Positions 1 to 8,206 of a stretch of DNA of 64,000 bases are shown here, piece by piece. A program made the position numbers and the translations under genes. Below the pieces are notes generated by a model that saw nothing but the letters and a program-made list of their open reading frames with translations, was not told the DNA's origin and did not search any database. Numbering within the stretch: position 1 is the first letter of the stretch; every line of letters starts with the position of its first letter. The stretch is from an uncultured Candidatus Saccharibacteria bacterium (lineage in GTDB: Bacteria > Patescibacteriota > Saccharimonadia > Saccharimonadales > Saccharimonadaceae): contig CAURWV010000003.1 of assembly GCA_963528915.1 (NCBI GenBank), forward strand, positions 24,269-88,268, read 5' to 3'.

Positions 1-1976
1 GCACAAACAAATATTTTGATAAATGGAAAGATATTTTCTTGACGATGCTATTAATGTTCCCGATAGTGTCGTTTTTGTTTGGAGCGGCACAATTAGCTGG
101 CTATGCCATTATCGCCAATGCTGGCGACTCATTAATACAGATTATTATAGGTATGGCCGTACAGATAGCGCCAGTCGCTGTTACGCCGCTCATTGTCAAA
201 TTTAGTGGTGGGCTACTAGGTCGAATTGCTGGTGTTATAAATAACCCAAACCGCGGCCTAATTGACCGTACGCGCAATTGGGCGCAAGGTCGCGCAGCTT
301 ATCAAGCATCAAAGGTTCGATCCGGCAAAAATCTCATCAATACCGATAGGGGTGTTTTCAAGAAGTCAAGTAAATTAAGAAAGGCCGCCAACGCTATTAA
401 TAAGTCTCACGGTAGTCGTGCTAACCTAGTCAACTCGGCCGTTCGCGCGCATCACCGCCGCAGTCAACGAATTAAAGGGCTTACTTCCGCTTACGAAGCT
501 GCAGCCGCTAATAATGCTACTGAATGGGATAACAATCGCCACGGCAAATCTTCAGTGCAAGCAGTCGAAGGCGAAAACGAAGCCCGCAAAGCTGAAATCG
601 GCAACAACTTCTACCGCGCACATCATCATCTTACACAACGTCAGCAATTAGCAGATATCGACAAAGCTCGTGCTCAAAACGAATTTAATGAAACTAGCGC
701 TGGGCAAGAAGTTGAAACCGCTCGTCGCACTGTCGAAGCACATAAACAACGTATCACCAACGATCAACAAGCTCGTTGGGATACACTAGCGCAGACAGAC
801 TCAAACCATAAAGCACTCGAGTTAGAGGTTAAGAAGAGTGAATTCGATGCCGCGCGCGCTAAAGAAAAGCTTGGCAAGATGCACGCCGAAATCATTGCCC
901 AGGGCGACCATAGTGAACATGTTATGAACCTGCGCGGTACTGAATCTGATACTTATTCACGAGAACGCGTACTGCATATCGCTCGCGATATCAAGCAGGC
1001 TAATATTGAGACCAACTTGGCTGGTAGCGCCAAACGTGCAGCCGAACAAGAGTTGGCCAGCGAGATTAATTCAATAATGCTCAATAATACTGTTCGTGTC
1101 GATAACAAACCAGCTCGCCAATATGCCGCCGGTATCGGCACTGAAGCGTCAGCACTAGCAGCTAGCGTCACAAAGGCTCGTAAAGAAGCTGGTGATCGCG
1201 TTGCTGAACAAGTCCAGTTATCGTATCACTTCAAGCTTGATGCTGCGCAAATCGAAGCTCTAGCTACTGGTAATTTAGGAACAGATGCCGATGGCAATGA
1301 GATCATGAGCCTAGATGTCGCCGATGATAAAGGTCGCCGATGGTCATTCGACAAGAATGACGAATACGTCCGCGAAATGGCCGTTGATCAAATCTTCGAC
1401 GTAGGTTCATATAAGCAAAAGAAGAAAATCTGGCTCAGCACCGGCATTCATACTGATGAAAATGGTAACAAAATCGTGGGACACAACTACGACCTGCGCC
1501 GCACCGTAAACCAAGCGGCTATCCGCACCAAGTTTATGGAAGCTGGTCCAATGTTCGCCGACAGATCACTCAAACAGCAACTAAATGGTGATTTCACTAT
1601 CCACGACCTATACTACAACTCATACCGTGAGATACTTGAAGGTAAGCTGAAGTCCGGTATCGTCGCCAAAGCTAATGCCGATGCTTTGCAAGATCTGTTT
1701 AGCGACATCAACAGCGCTAAGATGAATAAAGAGCAGTTCGAGCGCCTCATCAACGATAATATTGCTGGTGAATTGAAGAAGCTGCGCAGCAACAACCCGG
1801 CTGCTTCTGATGCTGACGCTCGCCACTCATTGATCAATAAATTCAACGCTAACCGTGAAGCTATGCGCCGAATGGCCGTTGAAGTACTCAAAACACCTAC
1901 CTTGCGTCAGCTATCATCCGATGAAGCGGTGCGTGTCATGAAAGAATTTACTAAGGGTATATACAATGGCGATTAG
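1..1976 (+). CDS. VirB6/TrbL-like T4SS membrane protein paralogue, 5'-truncated by the window edge, with a ~570-aa charged helical C-terminal tail
   Basis: The frame is open from nt 3, with no stop upstream of the listed ATG at 39, so the N-terminus lies outside the window. The first ~65 aa are hydrophobic TM segments that align with the last TM segments of the 1050-aa ORF at 3147 (FDKWKDIFLTMLLMFPIVSFLFGAAQLAG vs FKKWWTVFKATLLVYPTIGLIYGASSLAAG). The remainder is A/E/K/R/Q/N-rich and coiled-coil-like. Stop TAG at 1974-1976. Confidence 0.55.
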   Translation, partial: TNKYFDKWKDIFLTMLLMFPIVSFLFGAAQLAGYAIIANAGDSLIQIIIGMAVQIAPVAVTPLIVKFSGGLLGRIAGVINNPNRGLIDRTRNWAQGRAAYQASKVRSGKNLINTDRGVFKKSSKLRKAANAINKSHGSRANLVNSAVRAHHRRSQRIKGLTSAYEAAAANNATEWDNNRHGKSSVQAVEGENEARKAEIGNNFYRAHHHLTQRQQLADIDKARAQNEFNETSAGQEVETARRTVEAHKQRITNDQQARWDTLAQTDSNHKALELEVKKSEFDAARAKEKLGKMHAEIIAQGDHSEHVMNLRGTESDTYSRERVLHIARDIKQANIETNLAGSAKRAAEQELASEINSIMLNNTVRVDNKPARQYAAGIGTEASALAASVTKARKEAGDRVAEQVQLSYHFKLDAAQIEALATGNLGTDADGNEIMSLDVADDKGRRWSFDKNDEYVREMAVDQIFDVGSYKQKKKIWLSTGIHTDENGNKIVGHNYDLRRTVNQAAIRTKFMEAGPMFADRSLKQQLNGDFTIHDLYYNSYREILEGKLKSGIVAKANADALQDLFSDINSAKMNKEQFERLINDNIAGELKKLRSNNPAASDADARHSLINKFNANREAMRRMAVEVLKTPTLRQLSSDEAVRVMKEFTKGIYNGD

Positions 1977-1999
1977 TACTGACCAGACCTATACGCCAC

Positions 2000-2028
2000 T
2001 TGACTTTTTGCTGAAAAAGGTATACTAT
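2000..2028 (+). promoter_or_regulatory. candidate sigma70-type promoter for the lipoprotein gene
   Basis: TTGACT at 2000-2005. -10-like TATACT at 2021-2026 (15-nt spacer) or TACTAT at 2023-2028 (17-nt spacer). Motif match only. Confidence 0.3.
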
Positions 2029-2030
2029 AA

Positions 2031-2058
2031 GGTTGTACTTATCCTTTAACGTACAACC
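2031..2058 (+). other. perfect 8-bp stem hairpin in an intergenic/5'-UTR position
   Basis: GGTTGTAC (2031-2038), a 12-nt loop, then GTACAACC (2051-2058). No U-tract follows, so it is not a canonical terminator. Function unknown. Confidence 0.4.
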
Positions 2059-2094
2059 ATAAACCACTAATCCAGAGGAGAGGATTGAAGCTTT

Positions 2095-3021
2095 ATGACA
2101 GAAAAAGGAAATAATAAAGAGATCAGCCGCCGCGGTCTATTCGCAGGAGCTGGTATATTGCTGGGGAGTACAGTCATAGCAGCTTGTGCTAGTAACGAGA
2201 CTTCACATAGTGCGCCGTCTAGCACACCTGAAGATTACGAAGTTCCGACATCAACCCCGACACCAGAGATTGACTCTTCGCCGTTTGAGATATCAGAAAT
2301 GATACCCAAGGAACAAGTCGTAAATGTATTCACGCCACCAAAGCGTTCGGAGTTGCCAGGGTCAGCAGAGAATAAAGAAGATTGTGACCAAAGAGCTCAG
2401 GCGTTAATTAGTTACCTAACCAACTCAATAAATCACTACACTAATCCTGGCATGTTCCTGAACGAAAATAAGGGAGAAGATGTAGATAACGACATGGCAT
2501 ATTGGGGCCAGCGCGGCGTCGCGTCTGGGAAAGTTGAAAAGTTTGGCCAGATTTCTGTACCTATTAATTCTTACTTCGAAGGTATATTTCGCGAATCTAC
2601 AGCTAGACCCAACGAGCGTATTTCATCGGAGATGGATAGATTTTATGAAAGATTGCAGAAAGATTTGAATTATAATACCCTTAGAGCGACTCAAAGCGGT
2701 AGGTATTATGAAGAGCAAAAACCAGACGCCTTCGGTACTACAAATAACGAAGAGTATAGACGGCTATATGAGCTTGCTCCAGGCTACAAAATTTCGTATA
2801 GCGAAAACTATTCCGGTATAGCTATAAGTTTTCAAACAACATCAAAATCAAACGCCGAAGGGTGGGATGACGACCATAACGGACGTGAGTTCGGAATCGA
2901 GTGTACACTAGTGCCAGGAATCAGCATAAAAGGCGATCCAAAGAGCCACGGCGATTCAGACCAGTTGTATATTCAAAAGCTTATGATGATACCGCCTATG
3001 GGAGCCGACTTTAGCGATTAG
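2095..3021 (+). CDS. secreted lipoprotein with Tat-like signal, function unknown (within the T4SS-like cluster)
   Basis: N-terminus ISRRGLFAGAGILLGSTVIAAC has a twin-arginine-like SRRxLF motif, an h-region and a lipobox-like IAAC. An S/T/P/E-rich linker and a ~230-aa globular part follow. RBS AGAGGAGAGGA at 2074-2084. Confidence 0.65.
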   Translation: MTEKGNNKEISRRGLFAGAGILLGSTVIAACASNETSHSAPSSTPEDYEVPTSTPTPEIDSSPFEISEMIPKEQVVNVFTPPKRSELPGSAENKEDCDQRAQALISYLTNSINHYTNPGMFLNENKGEDVDNDMAYWGQRGVASGKVEKFGQISVPINSYFEGIFRESTARPNERISSEMDRFYERLQKDLNYNTLRATQSGRYYEEQKPDAFGTTNNEEYRRLYELAPGYKISYSENYSGIAISFQTTSKSNAEGWDDDHNGREFGIECTLVPGISIKGDPKSHGDSDQLYIQKLMMIPPMGADFSD

Positions 3022-3056
3022 TGATTGAAATTTAATTTAATCATCACTTAATTCAC

Positions 3057-3090
3057 AAAAGATACCACCTACTACGGTGGTATCTTTTTC
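3057..3090 (+). terminator. rho-independent terminator after the lipoprotein gene
   Basis: AAAA, GATACCACC (3061-3069), loop TACTAC, GGTGGTATC (3076-3084), then TTTTTC. Perfect 9-bp stem with a U-tract; the A-tract upstream would allow bidirectional function. Confidence 0.8.
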
Positions 3091-3146
3091 ATATCCTTAA
3101 TCTAGTATTTTTCACTATATATTGCTACACTATCTAGTAGATAACC

Positions 3147-6100
3147 ATGAGAAGAATAAAAAAATATTTTCTACTGTTAATTGGAGCGATCTGTCTAATT
3201 TCTCTTGTAGCACTGCCCGCTCAGCGTGCCGCAGCCGAAGACGTACCATGGCCATCAGACACATCGAAAGCTATAACAGCTCTTGATGTTAACATTCTGG
3301 CAACTTGTTTCGGTAACATGAAAGGCGGTGGATATGTTTATTCTAAAGATCTAGATGATAACAAAAAAGGAAATAACTCTATAATCGCACACGGTAAAGT
3401 GCAGTCAGGTATATCATCATATGATGGCGACGGTGGCACTATGAATTGTACTAGTCTATCTAATGCCAGCATTAAAGAAATTTTTAAGGCTGCTGGCTAC
3501 ACTCAAGGTAGTTTGTATGGTATATTCTGTGATGGCACGGGACTAGCCGAATGTAGCGGAGGCTCCGATCAAAAAACAAAAATAGATTACAAAGCCACGC
3601 ATGACGCTCTAGTAAAGGCAGCACCTCTTACAAATGCGTGGAAATATTATTTGACCAGTAGAGTGTTGCATGATCAATGTGGATATGAGGATAGAGGCAC
3701 TGGCGTAAGTAGCGGTGATATGGGAGCGAGCGACGCCACCGCTAAGGTTGTCACTAGTAGCGGCAGTATCGAAGATCACGTCTATCGCCTTAAGGATACT
3801 GGAAAAAGAGTCTACCCTATGCCTATTACCGAATTCAGCGAAGATGGAACAACGTGTAAAGATTTGGTATCGTTCCTAAGCGGAAGCTGGGCGGATGAGT
3901 ACGCAGCCTATATCAAAGGCTTAGGTCTATCAGGAAATAACAACAATGGTGGTGGTAATAATAACGGTGATAATGGTAATGGCGGTGGTGGTAATGACGG
4001 AGAGAATAAAGGCGATGACGAAGAACAGTGCAAAATCGACTACTTAGGTTGGATTCTCTGTCCGATAATAAATACATTAGGAACGATATCAGATGAAGCA
4101 CAGAAACAACTTGAGCAATTTCTACACTTAAGCAATGAAGCGATCATATCTGATAGATCAGAATCTTCGCCATACGCCTATTGGTCGAGGATTCGGGATT
4201 ATGCTAATGTTTTGTTTGTTATTGCCTTCTTGGTCATTATTTATTCGCAATTAACTGGTCGTGGCATAGATAATTACGGCATCAAGAGAATGCTGCCGAA
4301 ACTAATAGCAGGCATTATATTAGTTAATGTATCATTCTACTTATGCGGATTAATGGTAGATTTATCAAATCTGATAGGGAAAGCCGCATATCAATTCATA
4401 ACCGCACCAAAAGCAGGAGATGGCGTCCCAGACGGTTCCTGGTCACAAACCGGTAATACTTTCACAGGTATAGTAGCGACAGCCACCGCCGTTACTGCAG
4501 GTTTATTCGCTATGTCTGCAATTTTATCAGCTTTAATATTTATAAGTATTACGGTTGTAACGACGGTATTTCTACTGGGAGTGCGCGAGGCTTTAGTTAT
4601 ATTATGTGTAATATTATCACCACTAGCCTTCGTCGCCATGCTACTGCCGAACACTGAAAATCTTTTCAAAAAGTGGTGGACTGTATTCAAGGCTACCTTA
4701 TTGGTTTATCCTACTATAGGTTTAATCTATGGAGCTAGTAGCTTAGCAGCAGGGATTCTTCAAGGCAGCGTCTCTGATTTAGATGCAAACAACACAGTTA
4801 GGGTTATTAAACAAGTCTTAGCCGCTGTATTAATGTTCGCTCCATTATTAGCAGTACCAAAACTAATCGCGGCAGCAATGGCTGTCGGCGGCCTTGCCTC
4901 TATGGTTGGAAGGCTTCAGGATCGTGCAAATAAGTTTCTCAACGATAGAGCTCAAAGTAAACTAGATAGTAGTACTTATGGGCAATATATGAAGCATCGG
5001 AAAGAGAAAAAAGCCCTCAGAGATGCCCAGATACAAGGCGGCTCTTTCAAAAGAAGAGGCGGTTTATTAGGACTGCGAGATCGTGCGACCCTTAGGCAAT
5101 TCCGATCTAACAGAAATGCTGGATTTAATAAGAGTAGATTCTCGGGTGATTTTGGAGATAAGCGTTCCTTGTTAGGTAACCAAGCTCTCTTACAAGAAGA
5201 TAACGAACGAATGAAAGCCGCTGATGCTTGGATCGCCAGTAATAATTTCCAATCTAATGAACTGATGACGGCAGCCACAAAAGGTATAGGAGCAGACGGT
5301 AAAAAAATATCGTCTTATCAGCAGCGCGCAGCCATGCGAGCTTTAGCTCCAATCATGACCGGGGATCAGGCAATGCAATTAGCAAATGCTACCAGTGAAT
5401 TCAGTGGTAGCGATCAAGATTCTCTACGCAAAGAAGCTTCCGCAGCTGTCGCTCAAGTGGGGGCCAAAAAAGCTCCATTCCTTGGCGGTAAACAATTAGA
5501 AGCTATGCGACAAGGAAGCTACGATCAGGACGAAGCTATTGAATATTACCTCAAGAATAAAGCCAGCGGCGCTGGTCTAGCGGGCTCAGACAAGGCAGGT
5601 GTCAAAGCAATGGTAGACGCCGCCCAAAAGGCTCAAACTAGCGGCGACAGCTCGATGATGGATAGTTTAGTGAATTCACGCGCCCAGGTTGAATCCAACT
5701 CTAGACTCAAGAGTAGTGTGGGCGAAGGTGTAGCTTCAGAAATTGAACGTATTCCATATAATGGTAAATCCGGCGGTGGTTCTGGCTCTGGCGGCGGTAA
5801 TAGCGGTGGTGGATCCGGCGGTGGTTCTGGCTCTGGCGGAGGCGGTAATAGCGGTGGTGGATCTGGCGGTGGTTCTGGCTCTGGCGGAGGCGGTAATAGC
5901 GGCACGCTAAATGTACCACATGGTGGCAGTATTCCATCGAACAGTAGTAGTTCCGCATTTAGTAATAATTCCTCACCTAGCGGAGGCGGTAATAGCGGTG
6001 GTGGATCCGGCGGTGGTTCTGGCTCTGGCGGAGGCGGTAATAGCAACAATTCCGGAGACAGAGGACCAACGATAATTAATAATTACAATAACCAAACCTT

Positions 6101-6299
6101 TACGACCAACACCAACCAAACGAATAATTTCTCTGGTAACAATAGCGGATCATCAGATAATGGAGCATCATCTCCATCAGCAAGCAATGAGGTTCCGTCA
6201 CAAAAGCCTACTAGACTTGACATAGGTAAATCCAATTCCTTTAACGATGATTACAAAAAACCAAAGCCACCAACACCACCATCAGCTGGACTTGCATAA
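3147..6299 (+). CDS. VirB6/TrbL-like polytopic T4SS membrane protein with a secreted N-domain and a long Gly/Ser/Asn-rich repetitive C-terminal tail
   Basis: Signal peptide (LISLVALPAQRAAA/EDV). A ~300-aa Cys-containing N-domain. An Asn/Gly tract (NNNNGGGNNNGDNGNGGGGNDGE). About 6-7 TM helices between aa ~350-600. A ~450-aa hydrophilic tail ends in GGGSGSGGGGNS repeats and an N/T/S/P-rich end. The VirB6-like call rests on topology, context next to PrgI/VirB4 genes, and paralogy to the ORF at 1-1976. Confidence 0.6.
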   Translation: MRRIKKYFLLLIGAICLISLVALPAQRAAAEDVPWPSDTSKAITALDVNILATCFGNMKGGGYVYSKDLDDNKKGNNSIIAHGKVQSGISSYDGDGGTMNCTSLSNASIKEIFKAAGYTQGSLYGIFCDGTGLAECSGGSDQKTKIDYKATHDALVKAAPLTNAWKYYLTSRVLHDQCGYEDRGTGVSSGDMGASDATAKVVTSSGSIEDHVYRLKDTGKRVYPMPITEFSEDGTTCKDLVSFLSGSWADEYAAYIKGLGLSGNNNNGGGNNNGDNGNGGGGNDGENKGDDEEQCKIDYLGWILCPIINTLGTISDEAQKQLEQFLHLSNEAIISDRSESSPYAYWSRIRDYANVLFVIAFLVIIYSQLTGRGIDNYGIKRMLPKLIAGIILVNVSFYLCGLMVDLSNLIGKAAYQFITAPKAGDGVPDGSWSQTGNTFTGIVATATAVTAGLFAMSAILSALIFISITVVTTVFLLGVREALVILCVILSPLAFVAMLLPNTENLFKKWWTVFKATLLVYPTIGLIYGASSLAAGILQGSVSDLDANNTVRVIKQVLAAVLMFAPLLAVPKLIAAAMAVGGLASMVGRLQDRANKFLNDRAQSKLDSSTYGQYMKHRKEKKALRDAQIQGGSFKRRGGLLGLRDRATLRQFRSNRNAGFNKSRFSGDFGDKRSLLGNQALLQEDNERMKAADAWIASNNFQSNELMTAATKGIGADGKKISSYQQRAAMRALAPIMTGDQAMQLANATSEFSGSDQDSLRKEASAAVAQVGAKKAPFLGGKQLEAMRQGSYDQDEAIEYYLKNKASGAGLAGSDKAGVKAMVDAAQKAQTSGDSSMMDSLVNSRAQVESNSRLKSSVGEGVASEIERIPYNGKSGGGSGSGGGNSGGGSGGGSGSGGGGNSGGGSGGGSGSGGGGNSGTLNVPHGGSIPSNSSSSAFSNNSSPSGGGNSGGGSGGGSGSGGGGNSNNSGDRGPTIINNYNNQTFTTNTNQTNNFSGNNSGSSDNGASSPSASNEVPSQKPTRLDIGKSNSFNDDYKKPKPPTPPSAGLA
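5769..5903 (+). repeat. in-frame tandem repeat, 45/48-nt unit, ~2.9 copies, encoding S-G-G-G-S-G-S-G-G-G-G-N-S-G-G-G
   Basis: Copy 1 at 5769-5813 (45 nt, one Gly codon shorter). Copy 2 at 5814-5861 (48 nt). Partial copy 3 at 5862-5903. The copies are near-identical at nucleotide level. Confidence 0.9.
5982..6044 (+). repeat. dispersed fourth copy of the same Gly/Ser/Asn repeat unit
   Basis: GGAGGCGGTAATAGCGGTGGTGGATCCGGCGGTGGTTCTGGCTCTGGCGGAGGCGGTAATAGC is nearly identical to the unit junction at 5838-5900. It is separated from the tandem block by ~80 nt of S/N-rich coding sequence. Confidence 0.85.
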
Positions 6300-6319
6300 A
6301 TGCGTTATAATAGACGTAT

Positions 6320-7258
6320 ATGGCAGAATACAAAGTAGCACAGGATGTTGAAGCCGAAGATAAATTAATTGGACCATTCAGTTTCCGACAATTTATCTAT
6401 TTGATCGTGGTGGCTATCTGTATCGCCATGGCCTGGGGATTGAGCCAGATTTTTATCGCCTTGGCATTGATACCTCTACCCTTTATATTACTCTTCGGCG
6501 CATTAGCATTACCGCTACGCAAAGACCAGCCAATGGAGATATATCTAGCGGCAATAGTGTCGTATATGTTAAAACCACGCAAGCGTGTGTGGGAACCGGA
6601 CGGTGTTGATTCTCTAATACAGATAACCACACCAGAAGTTGTCGATGAGCACCTCACCAAAGAACTGACTCAATATGAAACCGAAAAACGCCTATCGTAT
6701 TTGGCCAATATTGCTGACACCGAAGGATGGTCGATTCGTCATGCTACCGCACCAGTCCCTAATAGTTCAATGAATCCTGACCAATACTATGCAGCACAGC
6801 AGACTGTAGACGTGATGGATGACGATGGTGGTGTAGCTAGGAAGTTCGACACTATGATAGCTCATGCCGATCAAGATCGCCGTACTCAGATTATGCAAAA
6901 TATGCGTCAAACACAGCCTACATCAGCACCGTTACCGCAGTCGCCAAGCATACCTGACGATCATAGCGATATTCAAAATGGTCGTGTATCAAAATTCAAT
7001 CCGTATCCTACTATTCATCAAACCGTTATACAGCCAAGGAGAACAGACGACAAGCAACCACCACATAATCAAATTAACCAACCTAATACACAGAACCATA
7101 ATGGCGTGAGACAACCAAATATTAGCACTAACATCACGTCAGATGCTATAATGAGTATAGCTAATAATAGCGGTTTGTCAGTCGAGACTATACAGAGGGA
7201 AGTTGACAAGCTCAAGAAAAATAACGATGATAGTGAAATATTCGTATCATTACACTAA
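6320..7258 (+). CDS. PrgI-family (VirB3-like) T4SS membrane protein with a Q/P/N-rich C-terminal extension
   Basis: The N-terminus AQDVEAEDKLIGPFSFRQFIYLIVVAICIAMAWGL followed by a second TM matches the PrgI-family pattern (acidic motif, then a two-helix hairpin). It sits directly upstream of VirB4-related genes. The C-terminal ~150 aa are low-complexity Q/P/N/T-rich. Confidence 0.6.
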   Translation: MAEYKVAQDVEAEDKLIGPFSFRQFIYLIVVAICIAMAWGLSQIFIALALIPLPFILLFGALALPLRKDQPMEIYLAAIVSYMLKPRKRVWEPDGVDSLIQITTPEVVDEHLTKELTQYETEKRLSYLANIADTEGWSIRHATAPVPNSSMNPDQYYAAQQTVDVMDDDGGVARKFDTMIAHADQDRRTQIMQNMRQTQPTSAPLPQSPSIPDDHSDIQNGRVSKFNPYPTIHQTVIQPRRTDDKQPPHNQINQPNTQNHNGVRQPNISTNITSDAIMSIANNSGLSVETIQREVDKLKKNNDDSEIFVSLH

Positions 7259-7270
7259 ATAATAGAAAGG

Positions 7271-8206
7271 ATGGGTATGCCGCCAGATCAGCAGAAACTA
7301 GCGCCGCAATTACCGTCACCGAATAATGTCGGTTCCGGACAAAACCCACCTGTACCGCCTATGAATAATGGCGGTCAAAGCATCAACCAGATGAGCCCCA
7401 ACAGCTCTACTCCGGAAGACCCTAATAGTCAAAACTCTTCAAACTCCAAGAAAAAGAAGCAACAAAAGGCCAAATCAACAAGTACTCAAAACACCTTACT
7501 GTTTTCGGAATTAAGAGATAGTATGGTTATCATGGGTGACGGGTCGTTCCGAGCAGTAGTAGCCTGCAAATCTATCAACTTCGATCTTATGAGTTCGCGC
7601 GAGCGTGATGGCGTCGAGTTGAGCTACCAGGATTTCCTGAATGCCCTGTATTTTCCAATCCAAATATTTGTCCGTTCGCAACGTGTCGATATTGGTCCAT
7701 ATTTAGATAAACTTGAAAGCTTCCGTGTCAACGAAGACAACATGCTTCTAGGTGTACTGATGGACGATTATATCAATTTCATTGATGTACTGTCCCAAGA
7801 GGCGAATATCATGGATAAGAGTTTTTTCGTGGTGATCCCATATTTCCCAACAGGCGACACTGTCAATGTCATGCAGCAAAGTAAAGGATTTTTTTCGATG
7901 GTGTTTGGCGGCAATAAAGATCCCGTCACCAAAATTAATAAAGAAACTTATATCAAAGCTAAGGAAGAAATCAAAAACCGAGTCGATTCTGTAATTGGCG
8001 GTTTAATGCGTGTCGGCGTACAATCTATACAGCTCAATACCAAGCAGCTCGGAGAGCTTTATTATAATATATATAACCCCGATACGGCCGTACGCGAGCC
8101 GCTTGGCGACTTCCACGAGGTAGCCTCGTTGTATGTACGTAAAGGTACCGAGAAAGATAGAGAAAAAGAAGCTAATCCGTTTATCAATAATAGAGGAGTA
8201 TCCTAG
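7271..8206 (+). CDS. soluble protein resembling the N-terminal domain of Gram-positive VirB4/TraE ATPases, with no P-loop
   Basis: An 80-aa P/N/Q/S-rich disordered N-terminus. Then MGDGSFRAVVACKSINFDLMSSRERDGVELSYQDFLNALYFPIQIFVRSQRVDIGPYL, the pattern seen at the start of conjugative VirB4-type proteins. No Walker motifs. The TAG stop (8204-8206) overlaps the GTG start of virB4. Confidence 0.45.
   Translation: MGMPPDQQKLAPQLPSPNNVGSGQNPPVPPMNNGGQSINQMSPNSSTPEDPNSQNSSNSKKKKQQKAKSTSTQNTLLFSELRDSMVIMGDGSFRAVVACKSINFDLMSSRERDGVELSYQDFLNALYFPIQIFVRSQRVDIGPYLDKLESFRVNEDNMLLGVLMDDYINFIDVLSQEANIMDKSFFVVIPYFPTGDTVNVMQQSKGFFSMVFGGNKDPVTKINKETYIKAKEEIKNRVDSVIGGLMRVGVQSIQLNTKQLGELYYNIYNPDTAVREPLGDFHEVASLYVRKGTEKDREKEANPFINNRGVS

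Noticed and set aside
2031-2058. Hairpin after the first VirB6-like gene as a rho-independent terminator
   Set aside because: The stem is perfect, but it is followed by ATAAACC rather than a U-tract, and it lies downstream of a promoter-like element. It is kept as a structure of unknown function, not called a terminator.
5769-6044. Regularly spaced direct repeats considered as a possible CRISPR array
   Set aside because: The units are directly tandem (45/48 nt, no spacers). They are in frame within a 1050-aa CDS and encode a Gly/Ser/Asn repeat. There are no cas genes and no leader.
5633-6049. Minus-strand ORFs of 138 aa (Pro/Leu/Glu-rich) and 83 aa (5707-5958) opposite the Gly/Ser/Asn repeat
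   Set aside because: They are antisense shadows. GGN/AGC-rich repeat codons read as CCN (Pro) on the other strand, which keeps the frames open. They lie entirely inside the long plus-strand CDS and have no independent signals.
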